From positions 928,001 to 992,000 of the forward strand of contig OZ245033.1 of NCBI GenBank assembly GCA_965224025.1: 64,000 bases of DNA, in the 5' to 3' direction. The DNA is from Candidatus Multivorans sp. Lineage in GTDB: Bacteria; Acidobacteriota; Thermoanaerobaculia; Multivoradales; Multivoraceae. Position 1 is the stretch's first letter, and every line of letters starts with the position of its first letter. Below, one piece after another: positions 1-10,855 of the stretch. Under the pieces are notes generated by a model. That model was not told the origin of the DNA. It searched no databases and saw only the letters and a list, made by a program, of their open reading frames with translations. A program made the position numbers and the translations under genes.

Positions 1-17
1 TCGGGGCCAGCGGGTTC

Positions 18-1223
18 CTACCGGTTGGCGTTCCTGCTCGCCTCTTCGAGCGCCCGCATGTTCTCTTGTATCTTCCGCCGGATTGCGTCGGCGCGTTCCT
101 TGTGGTACTTCTCGAAGTCGACCGGCTTCTCGTCGACGATCTGGTAGATGCGGGTGAACTTCTGCACGTCCCCGGTTTCCCGGAACTGGATGTTTCCGGT
201 GACGCCTTGGAGTTCGCGCACCGCTCTCATGCCCTTGAGGAAGTCACTCGGGACGGCGATCACCTCGACCTCGGACAGGGCCTCGATGTAGACCCAGAGC
301 GCGTCGTAGCCGAGGGCCGCGTAGTAGCTCGGAACGCTGCCGTGCTTCTCCTGGTAAGCCGCGACGAAGGACGCAACCGGCTCCTCGGGACTCTCGGCGT
401 CATAGAGCGGCGCCGTCATGAAGCTGTTGTTCCCTGCCGGGCCCGCCGCCGTCAGCACGGATTCGATGGCAAGCGAGGAACTCGCAGCCAGGTAGTCGTG
501 CGCGCCGTTGAAGCCACCAAGACGGAGCGCCTGCATCGCCTCGGCCAGCGCCGCCCCGGACGCGGCAACGTAGATCGCATCCGCCTCGTAGCTCAGCGCT
601 GCGTTGACCATGGCGTTCTGATCGCTGGAAGCGGTAAAGAGGACGCGGCCCGCGAGTCGGGTTCCCCAAACCGCCTCGACGGAGTCGGCGAGAGAGGTGC
701 CGAAAGCCGTGTCCTGGGCTACCACGACGAGCCGTTCGACCTGCAGCCTGTCGCGCAGGAACGTCGCCATGGTCGAGGCTTCGATCTCCGCACTCGGATA
801 GAGCCGGTAAAAGAACTCGGACACGCCGCTCAACTCCGGGCTCGATGCGGACGGCGACAGCAGCACACGATCCGCCTCGTTGACGACCGGAATCATGGCC
901 AGGGCCTCGTCACTCGTCACCCCGCCGATCGCTGCCAACGACGTGGCGAACGCCGTCTCCAGCAGCGCCGCGGCCCGTGCCGGGTCGCCCTCGGAGTCGA
1001 CGATCTCGATGACCACGTTGTAGCCGATGTCTTCATCGCCCGCCATCAGCCGCTCGTGACGCAACTGGATGCCGTTCGCGATCTCCTGGCCGTAGAGGGC
1101 CGCCTCGCCGGTCAGCGGCGCGACGGCCGAGATGGTAACGGTTGGAACTTCCGGGCCGCAGCCGACCGCCGGCAGCAGGCACAGGACTCCGAGCAGCACA
1201 AGGGTTCGTGTACGCAAGCTCAT
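18..1223 (-). CDS. ABC transporter substrate-binding lipoprotein, branched-chain amino acid (LivJ/LivK-like) family
   Basis: Start chosen at ATG 1223 with GGAG upstream; lipobox-like LLPAVG-C; 'APLTGEAALYG', 'DSEGDP', 'LLSPSASSPELS', 'GYDAL', 'GVTGNIQF' are typical periplasmic binding protein type 1 motifs. Confidence 0.8.
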   Translation of the reverse strand: MSLRTRTLVLLGVLCLLPAVGCGPEVPTVTISAVAPLTGEAALYGQEIANGIQLRHERLMAGDEDIGYNVVIEIVDSEGDPARAAALLETAFATSLAAIGGVTSDEALAMIPVVNEADRVLLSPSASSPELSGVSEFFYRLYPSAEIEASTMATFLRDRLQVERLVVVAQDTAFGTSLADSVEAVWGTRLAGRVLFTASSDQNAMVNAALSYEADAIYVAASGAALAEAMQALRLGGFNGAHDYLAASSSLAIESVLTAAGPAGNNSFMTAPLYDAESPEEPVASFVAAYQEKHGSVPSYYAALGYDALWVYIEALSEVEVIAVPSDFLKGMRAVRELQGVTGNIQFRETGDVQKFTRIYQIVDEKPVDFEKYHKERADAIRRKIQENMRALEEASRNANR

Positions 1224-1341
1224 CACTCCAGGTTCTCCATCAGCCGGCAATGTCGCCGAATCGATGCGGCAACCTCTTCGGGGGCGCCTCACGCGATCCG
1301 GCGGAGGCAATGCCTCGAATCGCACGGTAGGACCGTCCATT

Positions 1342-1510
1342 CTAGGAGTCCGCGCGGCAGAAACGCAACTTCAGCCGATGCCCAAGTTCGGTCAGCGGCT
1401 CGTCGTCGCGCCAGGTGTAGCGGCTGGCGAGATTGGCCACGCTCTCGCCATGCCGGACCATCAGCAGCGTGGACACGGCATCAAAGCCCGGAGGCGGCTC
1501 GGTCACCAAC
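1342..1510 (-). pseudogene. N-terminal fragment of a histidine phosphatase (PGM-like) gene
   Basis: 'LLMVRHGESVAN...DEPLTELG' carries the RHG motif, then ends after ~12 unrelated codons; start approximate. Confidence 0.55.
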
Positions 1511-2974
1511 GGCGCGCGTGACCGGCTGGCTGCCGACCGGTCCACTCACCCAGCCACCGATCACAGCGGAGAACAGCCCGGCGTTGCCACCGGCGTGGAC
1601 CAGTTGCAGCCCTCCCGACCGGAACTTCGGCACCTGGGCGCCAGCCATCTTTTCCGGTATCCCCTCGTCGCAGTCGCCGGCGCCGCGAACCAGATCGGCG
1701 CCCGATCGCACCAGCAGGCCGTCGAGTTCCCGGCGGAGCCTGGCCTTGTCCCAGCCAGCCCGCCGGAAGACGTTGCCATGCTCCGCCCCCACCACCAGCA
1801 TCGCGTCGAAGCCGACGATCAGCTTGTGGTGGGCGACGCTCAGAAGAGCCGCCGCCAGCGAGCGGGTCAACGACTCCGGCCTGCGGGACAACTGATCGAC
1901 CACACCGCGGGGTCCCTCGCCGGCGAACAGGGTCACGGCGGAAGCGCCTTCGGGAATGCCCCGTTCAACAGCCAGCGATTCCCAGGGCGAGTCGTCCTCC
2001 CGCTCGGCGAAGCAGAAGCTGAGCTTGCCGGGGTTGCCGAGCGTGGCCCGATCCACTTCGCCCGGCCGGGCGCCGCCGACGTTGCGCAGCACGAGCTGAA
2101 GCGCGCGGCCGATGGTCGAGTTCGCCCGATTGCCCTGCCCCAGGACGTTCATCTTCGAGTTCATGCCGATCGCGGACGTGACCGGCCCGTTCACCACGAC
2201 GATGGGGCCGGCGAAGTACGTCGTGGCCGCGAGACCGTGCCAGTTGAACTCTTCGGTCAGCGCCGCCTCGACCGCGGCCAGAACCACCGGCATGTACTCG
2301 GGACGGCAGCCGGCCATCACCGCGCCCGTGGCGACCTTCTCCACGGTGCACTTGCCATAGTCGGGCGCCACCAGTCCGAGGACATCCGCACGGTCGCGCC
2401 TCGTGCCGGCGAGCATCCGCTCGACCCGCTCGGGCGTCGGCGGCACCACCGGCAGACCGTCCGTCCAGCCGCGCGCGAAGCAGGCCTCGACCTCGTCTTC
2501 CTGATCGCCGAGTTCGACCCTGCGCGAACCGCCGCCCGCGAACAGCGCCGCGAGCCGCTCGACGTGAGGCGGCTCGACGTTCAGGGCGCCGCAGCCTGGA
2601 CGGCTCGGCGGCAGATCCGCGCCCAGTCCGTCGAGACCGCTAACCTCCTGCCACTGTTCCCGGTTCCAGCCGATCGCCGTGCCTACAGTAGAGCCGCCAT
2701 CCCTCGACAGGAGCGTCGGCACGATCTCGATCCCCAGCCGGTGCGACAGCACGAGGTCCGCGTCGTGGACGGGATCTCCCGCGACCGGGAAGGCCGGATC
2801 GTCCTGGGTCACCACGAGCACCGGCCGGTGGCGTCGGACCTCGTCCAGCACCGGTTCGACCAACTGACAGGTCGGACAGTCCTTCTTGACCACCGCCACC
2901 AGGCCTTGATCGAAGCCTGGAGGCGCCCCAGAGGAAACGGAGGATGCGGCGGAGACGGAAGATGATGGAGCCAT
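1481..2974 (-). CDS. Thioredoxin-like (CPTC) protein with 'DGLPVVPPT' domain, UGSC-associated family
   Basis: 'KKDCPTC', 'IEIVPTL', 'GWTDGLPVVPPT', 'GNRANSTIGRAL', 'FCFAEREDDSPW'; adjacent to UGSC gene. Confidence 0.75.
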   Translation of the reverse strand: MAPSSSVSAASSVSSGAPPGFDQGLVAVVKKDCPTCQLVEPVLDEVRRHRPVLVVTQDDPAFPVAGDPVHDADLVLSHRLGIEIVPTLLSRDGGSTVGTAIGWNREQWQEVSGLDGLGADLPPSRPGCGALNVEPPHVERLAALFAGGGSRRVELGDQEDEVEACFARGWTDGLPVVPPTPERVERMLAGTRRDRADVLGLVAPDYGKCTVEKVATGAVMAGCRPEYMPVVLAAVEAALTEEFNWHGLAATTYFAGPIVVVNGPVTSAIGMNSKMNVLGQGNRANSTIGRALQLVLRNVGGARPGEVDRATLGNPGKLSFCFAEREDDSPWESLAVERGIPEGASAVTLFAGEGPRGVVDQLSRRPESLTRSLAAALLSVAHHKLIVGFDAMLVVGAEHGNVFRRAGWDKARLRRELDGLLVRSGADLVRGAGDCDEGIPEKMAGAQVPKFRSGGLQLVHAGGNAGLFSAVIGGWVSGPVGSQPVTRAVGDRAASGL

Positions 2975-3036
2975 GGCGCGGGACGATAGCAGCGTGCGGG
3001 TCGTGTATCGTTCCCCACTCACGGAGGAGACAACTC

Positions 3037-3552
3037 ATGGTCCAGACCCTGATCGACCCGACGAACGAGGCAGCCCCCGCGGCCCGCGCCGCGGCGCCGC
3101 GACTCGACTCCATCGGCGGCAAGACGATCGCCCTGCTCGACATTTCCAAGGCGCGCGGCGACCTGTTCCTCGACCGCGTCGAAGAGAGAATCGCAAGCCG
3201 CGGCGCGTCCGTGCTCCGCTTCACCAAGCCCACCTTCTCCAAGGTGGCGCCGGCCGACCTTCGCGCCGAGATCGCCCAGCGTTGCGACGCGGTGATCGAA
3301 GCGCTGGCCGACTGAGGGTCCTGCACGTCGTGCAGTGTGCACGACACGACCCAGTTGGAAGAGATGGGGCTGCCGTCGGTGTTCGTCGCCTCGTGCGAGT
3401 TCCAGGACGCCGCCGAGTCGCAGTCGAAGTCGCTCGGCTCCTCGCCGGAAGTCGTCTACGTGCGGCACCCGATCCAGGACCGCTTGGACGACGAGATGGG
3501 AGAGATCGCCGATCAGGCGGTCGACGCCCTCGTCTCCGCACTGACCAACTGA
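3037..3552 (+). CDS. UGSC-family selenoprotein (in-frame TGA 3313-3315 read as Sec)
   Basis: ATG 3037 after GGAGGAGA; the frame continues through TGA as ALAD-U-GSCTSCSVHD, joining ORFs 2944..3315 and 3337..3552; hairpin right after UGA. Confidence 0.85.
3316..3340 (+). promoter_or_regulatory. Putative bacterial SECIS element
   Basis: CTGCAC-GTC-GTGCAG 6-bp stem with G-first apical loop, starting 6 nt after the UGA. Confidence 0.6.
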
Positions 3553-3597
3553 CACGCGCGAAGCGCAGGTCCGGCTGAGGGCCAACCGAGCAGGCCC

Positions 3598-4653
3598 ATG
3601 CGGACCAGCACCTCAAGCGCCAAGAAGCAGCTCGAGTCACCAAGGCGCTTCACCACCGCCGCCGGGCGGGTGGTGTACGCCCTGAACCTGGAGGTGTTCC
3701 CGAACTTCTTCGGCAACGTCTACGTGATCGACGACGGCGCCCGCCGCACCCTGGTCGACTGCGGCTCGGGCATGGACTTCTCGAACGAGAACCTGGTCCG
3801 CGGCCTGGCCTCGGTCGAGGAGCGCTTCGGCGCCCGCATCGGCCTCGCCGACATCGACGTCATCCTGATCACCCACGGCCACATGGACCACTTCGGCGGC
3901 CTCCAGTTCGTCCGCCTCCACACCGAGGCGCCGGTCGGCATCCATGTGCTCGACCGCCGCGTGCTGACCCACTACGAGGAACGGGTCGTGGTCGCCTCGC
4001 ACCAACTTCGCGTGTTCCTGAACCGGGCCGGACTCTCGGCCGGCAAGTGCGGCCAGTTGATGATGATGTACACGGCGCCCAAGGCGCGGTACGCCTCGGT
4101 ACCGGTGCAGTTCCTGCTCGACGAGGGCCAAGGCGTCCCGGATGCGCACGGCGGAGATCTCGACATCGAGGTCATTCACGTCCCCGGGCATTGTCCAGGG
4201 CAGGTGTGCCTCAGGGTAGACGACATCCTGCTGACCGCCGACCATGTCCTGGCGCGCATCACGCCTCACCAGTCGCCCGAGTCGCTGACCCTCAACATGG
4301 GCCTCGGCCACTACTTGGAGGCTCTGGGAAAAATCGAGACGCTCGACGGCATCCGGGTCGGTCTTGGCGGCCACGAGGAACCGATCGAGGACGTGACCGC
4401 GAGAGTCGGAGAGATCCGCGAGTCTCACGACAAGCGGCTGAACGTGATCATGGACACCTGCCGGGCACCCCAGACCACCGCCGACATCAGCCGCAGGCTG
4501 TTCGGCGCCGTCCGCGGCTACACCGTGCTCCTCGCGCTGGAAGAGGCCGGCGCGCACGTGGAGTACCTCTACCAGCGCGGCGAACTCGTGGCCGAGAACG
4601 TAGGCGAACTGGAGTCCGAGGAAGACCCGGTGGTTCGCTACGTGCGGGCGTAG
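3598..4653 (+). CDS. Metallo-beta-lactamase fold hydrolase
   Basis: 'LVDCG', 'ITHGHMDHFGG' (HxHxDH), 'PGHCPG', 'TADH', 'GGHE'. Confidence 0.85.
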   Translation: MRTSTSSAKKQLESPRRFTTAAGRVVYALNLEVFPNFFGNVYVIDDGARRTLVDCGSGMDFSNENLVRGLASVEERFGARIGLADIDVILITHGHMDHFGGLQFVRLHTEAPVGIHVLDRRVLTHYEERVVVASHQLRVFLNRAGLSAGKCGQLMMMYTAPKARYASVPVQFLLDEGQGVPDAHGGDLDIEVIHVPGHCPGQVCLRVDDILLTADHVLARITPHQSPESLTLNMGLGHYLEALGKIETLDGIRVGLGGHEEPIEDVTARVGEIRESHDKRLNVIMDTCRAPQTTADISRRLFGAVRGYTVLLALEEAGAHVEYLYQRGELVAENVGELESEEDPVVRYVRA

Positions 4654-4693
4654 CAACCGCAGAATAGTCGCCGCTTCGCGGCGCGTTTCTTCC

Positions 4694-4721
4694 CCGCGGG
4701 TCAGAAGACCCGCGGCTACGG
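4694..4721 (-). repeat. GTAG-type REP palindrome
   Basis: Reverse complement GTAG-CCGCGGGTC-TTCT-GACCCGCGG; identical core at 37290-37318. Confidence 0.7.
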
Positions 4722-4819
4722 CCTGTGGTAGATCTCCCTCTGCCCGCGCCCATGTTCACTGTCGCGCCCACTTCCCATCGCGGTCCGCTCTCAGGCAGCC
4801 GGTCGCGCCGCCGCGAAAC

Positions 4820-5485
4820 GTGAAGATCGCCGGCAAGCACGCGCTCGCCGTTCCGCGCGGCGTCGTCTGGGAGGCGATCCTCGACCCGGAGGTCCTGTCT
4901 CGCACGCTTCCCGGCTGCGAGGACATGGCGCCGGTAGGAGACAACCAGTTTCGCGGCAAGCTGAAGATGAAGGTCGGCCCCGTCCAGGGCCTGTTCGAGG
5001 GCGGCGTCGAGCTTCTCGACCTCGACCCGCCGAATGGCTACAAGCTGAAGATGGACGGCAAGGGGGCGCCCGGCTTCGTCAACGGCAGCGGTTCCATCCG
5101 CCTCGAGGACACGGACGACGGCGCCACATTGCTCCACTACGACATCGACGCCCGGGTCGGCGGCCGTATCGCTGCGGTCGGCCAGCGGCTGCTCGACAGC
5201 TCGGCCAAGGTGCTGACCCGCCAGGGCATTCAGGGCCTGGAGAAGCAGCTCGAGGCGCGGGCGGCAGCGGCGGCCGCCGCGGCCCCGGCCGAAGCCGCGG
5301 AGACGCCGGCCACAGCCACGCCGCCTTCACCGTCCAAAGCCCCGGGCGGCGCCGAAGCGCCGTCCCAGGCCGCCTTCGCCGGCCGGTTCGCTGCCGGTCT
5401 GGCCAAGGAACTCTGGCCCTACGTTGCCGGCGGCACCCTGGCCGTTCTTGCCGCCATCGCAATTTCGCTTCGCGCTTGCTCGTAG
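4820..5485 (+). CDS. coxG: CoxG/SRPBCC family protein with C-terminal membrane anchor
   Basis: '[19 protein letters not shown]', '[11 protein letters not shown]', '[12 protein letters not shown]', Ala/Pro linker, hydrophobic tail. Confidence 0.85.
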   Translation: MKIAGKHALAVPRGVVWEAILDPEVLSRTLPGCEDMAPVGDNQFRGKLKMKVGPVQGLFEGGVELLDLDPPNGYKLKMDGKGAPGFVNGSGSIRLEDTDDGATLLHYDIDARVGGRIAAVGQRLLDSSAKVLTRQGIQGLEKQLEARAAAAAAAAPAEAAETPATATPPSPSKAPGGAEAPSQAAFAGRFAAGLAKELWPYVAGGTLAVLAAIAISLRACS

Positions 5486-5607
5486 GAAGGATCACGATCA
5501 TTGCTTCGTCCGACTCCACCGCGTCGTCCATCAGGGCAGACGATCGTGATCTATCCCCGTCATCACAGCCCAGGAAATCGCAGCCCAGGAAAGGAGACAC
5601 TCCACAG

Positions 5608-6075
5608 ATGACCGTGTCCATACAACTCGAAGTCAACGGGAAGCCGGTACAGGCCGAGGTCGAGCCGCGGCGCCTGCTGGTCCACTTCCTGCGGGAGGAC
5701 CTGGGCCTGACCGGGGCCAACATCGGCTGCGAAACGAGTCTCTGCGGCGCTTGCACGGTGCTGGTCGACGGCAGCGCGGTCAAGTCCTGCACCATGCTTG
5801 CGGCGCAGGCCGACGGCGCCGCCGTGACCACGATCGAAGGGCTGGCCCAGAACGGCGAACTGCATCCTCTGCAGGACGGCTTCTGGGAGAAGCACGGCCT
5901 GCAGTGCGGCTACTGCACGCCGGGCATGATCCTGTCCGCGCACTACCTGCTGGCGCAGAACCCGAGCCCGAGCGACGAGGAGATCCGCGAAGGGCTGAAG
6001 GGCAACATCTGCCGTTGCACCGGGTACCACAACATCGTGGAGGCCGTGAAGTACGCCGCCGAGAGAATGAGCTGA
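5608..6075 (+). CDS. coxS: 2Fe-2S small subunit of xanthine/CO dehydrogenase family
   Basis: '[12 protein letters not shown]...KSC', 'QCGYCTPG', 'CRCTGY'; AAGGAG RBS. Confidence 0.9.
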   Translation: MTVSIQLEVNGKPVQAEVEPRRLLVHFLREDLGLTGANIGCETSLCGACTVLVDGSAVKSCTMLAAQADGAAVTTIEGLAQNGELHPLQDGFWEKHGLQCGYCTPGMILSAHYLLAQNPSPSDEEIREGLKGNICRCTGYHNIVEAVKYAAERMS

Positions 6076-6076
6076 G

Positions 6077-8431
6077 ATGGCGGGCGTACTCGGTACTTCG
6101 ATCAAGCGCCGGGAGGACCCGGCACTCATCACCGGCCGCGGCAAGTACACCGACGACCTGAACGCCCCCGGCATGGCGCATGCCGCGATCGTGCGCAGCC
6201 CCTACGCTCACGCCCGCATCCGCGGCATCGACGCCTCCGCCGCCGAGGCGCTGCCCGGCGTCCTCGCCGTGCTCACGGCGCGCGATGTCGCCGCGGCCGG
6301 CATTCCCGGCGTGGTGCCCGTGGGCTGGCTCCTGCCCGACCTGAAGACGCCCGCCCACCCGATGATCGCGGCCGACACCGTCCGCCACGTCGGCGACGCG
6401 GTGGCCGTGGTCGTCGCCGAGGACCGCTACATCGCCCGCGACGCCGCCGAACGGGTCGCGGTCGACTACGAACCGCTCGACGCGGTCGCCGACGTGGTCG
6501 CCGCGCTCGAGGACGGAGCGCCCGCGGTCCACGACGACGCGCCCGGCAACGTCGCCTTCGACTGGGAGATCGGCGACAAGGATGCGGTCGACGCCGCCTT
6601 CGCGCAGGCCGCCCACACGGTGGAGCTCGATCTCCGCAACAACCGCCTGATCCCCCACGCGATCGAAGCGCGCGCGGTGCTCGCCTCCTACGACTCGTCG
6701 ACCGGCGACATGACGATCCACATGACGACCCAGAACCCGCACGTCCATCGCCTGCTGATGACGCTCGCGTCGCTCGGCATGCCCGAGCACAAGGTGCGCA
6801 TCGTCGCGCCCGAGGTCGGCGGCGGCTTCGGCAGCAAGATCCACCACTACGCCGACGAGGCAATCGTGGGCCTGTGCTCGATGAAGCTCGACCGGCCGGT
6901 CAAGTGGGCCGCGACGCGCACGGAAACAAACCTCACCGACGCGCACGGCCGCGACCATGCGACCCACTGCGCGATGGCGCTCGACGGCGACGGCCGCGTC
7001 ACCGGCCTGCGAGTCGACACCAAGGCCGCCATGGGCGCCTACCTTTCGACCTTCGCGCCGGCCGTGCCGACCTACCTCTACGGCACCCTGATGTCCGGCC
7101 AGTACGACATCCCGGCCATCCACTGCCACGTGACCGGCGTCTTCACCAACACCGCGCCGGTCGACGCCTACCGCGGCGCCGGACGCCCGGAAGCCACCTT
7201 CGTCGTCGAGCGGCTGATGCATCTCGCCGGCGACGCGACCGGGCTCGGCCCGATCGAGGTTCGCAAGCGGAACTTCGTGCCGCCGGACGCCTTCCCGTAC
7301 CAGACCCAGGTCGCGCTCGCGTACGATTCGGGGAACTACGCGCCGGCGATGGACCGCGCGCTCGAGATGATCGGCTACGACGACCTCCGCCGCGAGCAGG
7401 CGTCGCGCCGCGCCAACGGCGGCGGCCGCAGGCAGCTCGGGATCGGCTTCTCGTCCTACATCGAAGCCTGCGGTCTCGCGCCTTCGGCCGTCGTCGGCTC
7501 GCTCGGCGCCCAGGCCGGGCAGTGGGAGAGCGCCGACGTGCGCGTCCACCCCACCGGTTCCGTCACCGTCTACACCGGCTCCTCGTCCCACGGACAGGGG
7601 CACGAGACGACCTTCTCCCAGATCGTCGCCGACCGGCTCGGCGTCGCTCCGGAGGCCGTCGAGGTCATCCACGGCGACACCGACCTGGTCCAGTTCGGCA
7701 TGGGCACGTACGGCAGCCGCAGCGCCGCCGTCGGCGGTTCGGCCATCGCGGGAAGCGTCGACAAGATCATCGAGAAGGGCAAGAAGATCGCCGCCCACCT
7801 GCTCGAGGCATCCGCCGAGGATCTCGAGTACGAGGACGGCAGCTTCCGCGTCGCCGGTTCGCCGGACCGCGCGCTCGGACTCGGGGACGTGGCGCTCCAG
7901 GCGTACCTGGCGCACAACTACCCCGACGACCTGGAGCCGGGCCTGTCCGCAACCACGTTCTACGACCCGGCCAACTTCACCTACCCGTTCGGCACCCACG
8001 TCTGCGTCGCCCTTGTCGACACGGAGACCGGCGCCATCGAACTGTTGCGCTACGCGGCGGTCGACGACGTCGGCAACGTGATCAACCCGATGATCGTCGA
8101 CGGGCAGCTCCACGGGGGGTTGGCCCAGGGCATCGGCCAGGCGCTGTGGGAGAACGCGGTCTACGACGAGAGCGGGCAACTCGTGACGGGCTCGTTGATG
8201 GACTACGCGCTGCCCAAGATCCACAACCTGATCCAGTTTGAACTCGACCGCACGACGACGCCCTGCCCGCACAACCCGCTGGGCGTCAAGGGCGTCGGCG
8301 AAGCCGGCGCGATCGCTTCGCCGCCGGCCGTGGTCAACGCCGTCGTCGACGCGCTGGCGCCGTTCGGCGTCACTCACATCGACATGCCGCTCACGCCCGA
8401 GAAGGTGTGGCGTGCCGTGAACGCCGGATAG
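6077..8431 (+). CDS. coxL: Molybdopterin large subunit, form II CoxL-like
   Basis: 'VGGGFGSK', '[10 protein letters not shown]', 'HGQGHET', 'GTYGSRS', 'KGVGEAG'. Confidence 0.85.
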   Translation: MAGVLGTSIKRREDPALITGRGKYTDDLNAPGMAHAAIVRSPYAHARIRGIDASAAEALPGVLAVLTARDVAAAGIPGVVPVGWLLPDLKTPAHPMIAADTVRHVGDAVAVVVAEDRYIARDAAERVAVDYEPLDAVADVVAALEDGAPAVHDDAPGNVAFDWEIGDKDAVDAAFAQAAHTVELDLRNNRLIPHAIEARAVLASYDSSTGDMTIHMTTQNPHVHRLLMTLASLGMPEHKVRIVAPEVGGGFGSKIHHYADEAIVGLCSMKLDRPVKWAATRTETNLTDAHGRDHATHCAMALDGDGRVTGLRVDTKAAMGAYLSTFAPAVPTYLYGTLMSGQYDIPAIHCHVTGVFTNTAPVDAYRGAGRPEATFVVERLMHLAGDATGLGPIEVRKRNFVPPDAFPYQTQVALAYDSGNYAPAMDRALEMIGYDDLRREQASRRANGGGRRQLGIGFSSYIEACGLAPSAVVGSLGAQAGQWESADVRVHPTGSVTVYTGSSSHGQGHETTFSQIVADRLGVAPEAVEVIHGDTDLVQFGMGTYGSRSAAVGGSAIAGSVDKIIEKGKKIAAHLLEASAEDLEYEDGSFRVAGSPDRALGLGDVALQAYLAHNYPDDLEPGLSATTFYDPANFTYPFGTHVCVALVDTETGAIELLRYAAVDDVGNVINPMIVDGQLHGGLAQGIGQALWENAVYDESGQLVTGSLMDYALPKIHNLIQFELDRTTTPCPHNPLGVKGVGEAGAIASPPAVVNAVVDALAPFGVTHIDMPLTPEKVWRAVNAG

Positions 8432-8493
8432 TCCTCAAACCGTCTACAATCTCCCAGCCAAACAAGCAAGGCCGCCGAATCAGGAGCACCGAT

Positions 8494-9342
8494 ATGTACC
8501 CAGCCCAATTCGACTACCGCCGCGCCGGATCGGTCGCCGAAGCGCTCGGCCTGCTGCAGGAGCACGAAGACGCGAAGCTGATGGCCGGCGGCCACAGCCT
8601 GATCCCGATGATGAAGCTGCGCCTCGCGCAGCCACCCGTCGTCATCGACATCGGCCGCCTCGATGAGTTGAAGGGAATCTCCGAGGCCGGCGTCAGCATC
8701 CGCGTCGGCTCCCTGACCACCCACGCTGACATCGCGGCCTCCGAAATCCTCGCCGCGTCCTGCCCTGTCCTCGCCGAGGCCGCAGGCCACATCGGCGACG
8801 CGCAGGTCCGCAACCGCGGCACGATCGGCGGCAACATCGCCCACGCCGACCCGGGTTCCGACATCCCGCCCGTCCTCGTCCTCCTCGGCGCCGCCGTCCA
8901 CCTGCAGTCCCCCTCCGGCACCCGCTCCGTCGAAGCCTCTGACTTCTTCCAGGACCTCCTGATGACCGATGTCGGCGAAGACGAGATCCTCACCCACGTC
9001 GACGTCCCCGCCCAGGGCGCCGACACCGGCACCGCCTACCTCAAGTTCGAGCACCCCGCCTCCGGCTACGCCGTCGTCGGCGCAGCGGCTTCCGTCACCG
9101 TTCATCACGGCCGCTGCACCGCCGCCGCCCTCGTCGTCGGCGGCGTCGGCGCCATCCCGACCGCCGTCGACGTCTCAAGCCTCATCGGCAGCGACCTCTC
9201 GGACGACGCGATCGCCTCAGCCGCCTCCGGCCTCGACACCGAAGACCCCATCGGCGACATCTTCGCCTCCGGCGACTACCGCGTCCACGTCGGCAAGGTC
9301 TACGGCAAGCGCGCGTTGGCCGCGGCCCGCGACCGAGCTTAG
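8494..9342 (+). CDS. coxM: FAD-binding medium subunit
   Basis: 'AGGHSLIPMMKLR', 'QVRNRGTIGGN', 'AYLKF', 'SGDYR'; GGAG RBS. Confidence 0.9.
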   Translation: MYPAQFDYRRAGSVAEALGLLQEHEDAKLMAGGHSLIPMMKLRLAQPPVVIDIGRLDELKGISEAGVSIRVGSLTTHADIAASEILAASCPVLAEAAGHIGDAQVRNRGTIGGNIAHADPGSDIPPVLVLLGAAVHLQSPSGTRSVEASDFFQDLLMTDVGEDEILTHVDVPAQGADTGTAYLKFEHPASGYAVVGAAASVTVHHGRCTAAALVVGGVGAIPTAVDVSSLIGSDLSDDAIASAASGLDTEDPIGDIFASGDYRVHVGKVYGKRALAAARDRA

Positions 9343-9636
9343 TCGGCCGCTTCGCGGCTACGGGGACCCACCCGCCTGGGGCGGGGCCGGTGGGAGGGGT
9401 CCCTCCACAGGCTGCACGGCGTTAACCTGCGACGTTCCCCAAGCTAGAGAGGAATCCACGTGGGTCCTGGAAAGCTCAAGCGCACCGACTTGAGAGTCGG
9501 CTGGAAGCACGAAGAGAACGACTTCACTCCGTGGCCGGAGGAGCACATTGACCTCCTGGCCGAGACGCTTGGCCTGGAAGACGATCTTGAAGTCGAAAGC
9601 AGAGAAGAGCCGATCGGACGCTACGGAGCGGACCTA

Positions 9637-10855
9637 GTGTCATGTCACATGTCCTATGTCGTATGAATTGTAGTAGGCTCGTTGCCGTTCAAGGACGGCA
9701 AGGAGGCTGGCATGAAGCGGTACGTGGTGGAGTTGGAGGTGCAGGAGCGCGAGGAGTTGGCGTCGATCACGCGCAAGGGTTCGCATCGGTCGCAGAAGGT
9801 AGTCAACGCCCTGATTCTGCTCAACTGCGACGAGGGCAAGCTCGACGGGCCTCGGACGACCGGCGAGACGATCGCCGGCGTCTTGCGGATCAGTGCGCGC
9901 AGGGTGGATCGGGTGAAGAAGCGGTTCGTGGAGGACGGTCTCGAGGCAGCGCTCGGGAATCGGCAGGGGCGTCGTCCCAAGTATCTGCGCAAGGCGGATG
10001 GCGAGTTCGAGGCGCGGCTGGTCGCGCTCAGTTGCGGCGACCCGCCCGAAGGACGTTCGCAGTGGTCGCTGCGTCTGTTGGCGGACCGTGCGGTGGAGCT
10101 CGGCTATATCGACAGCGTCTCGCACGAAACGGTGCGACGGGTGCTAAAGAGAACGCTCTCAAACCGTGGCGCCGCGTCGGCTGGGTGATTCCGCCGCAAT
10201 GCAACGCCGACTTCGCGGCAGGCATGGAGCGAGTGCTCGACGTCTATCGGCGTCCGTACGACGCACACTTCCCGGTGGTATGCATGGACGAAACGCCGCG
10301 GCAGTTGATCGCCGAAACACGCGCTCCCATCCCGCCGGCCCCTGGACGGGAGGTCCGCGAAGACTACGAGTACCGACGCTGCGGCACCTGCAACGTGTTC
10401 ATGGCGACCGAACCGCTGGCCGGGCGGCGTCTGACCAAGGTCACCGAGCGCAGGACCAAGACCGACTGGGCGCGTTTCCTGGAAGACATCGCCGGACAGC
10501 ATCCCGAGGCCGCCCGAATCACGCTCGTGATGGACAACCTCAACACGCACCGTCCCGGCGCGCTCTACGAAACCTTCGACCCGGCCCGGGCCAAGGCGCT
10601 GTGGGACCGCTTCGAGTTCGTCTACACCCCCAAGCACGGCAGTTGGCTCAACGTCGCCGAGGTCGAACTCAGCGTGATGATCCGCCAGTGCCTCAACCGC
10701 CGCATCGACTCCATCGACACACTGCGCGCCGAAGTCGCCGCCTGGGAGGCCGCCAGAGACCGGATCCGAGCCAAGGTCAACTGGCACTTCACTACCGACG
10801 ACGCACGTGTCAGGCTCAAACGCCTCTATCCGACTTTTGACGAGTGACACGACAC
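9637..10855 (+). mobile_element. IS630-family insertion sequence
   Basis: TA duplicated at 9635-36 and 10856-57; terminal IRs GTGTCATGTCAC / GTGACACGACAC. Confidence 0.9.
9712..10847 (+). CDS. IS630 transposase (two ORFs, -1 frameshift near 10146)
   Basis: HTH part 'WSLRLLA...SHETVRRVLK'; DDE part 'CMDE', 'MDNLNTH', 'TPKHGSWLNVAEVE'. Confidence 0.85.

Noticed and set aside
5566-5592. CAGCCCAGGAAA tandem pair before coxS as an operator
   Set aside because: Only two copies overlapping the RBS; a simple local duplication is equally likely
6077-8431. True form I aerobic CO dehydrogenase
   Set aside because: Active-site loop is AYRGAGR, not AYXCSFR
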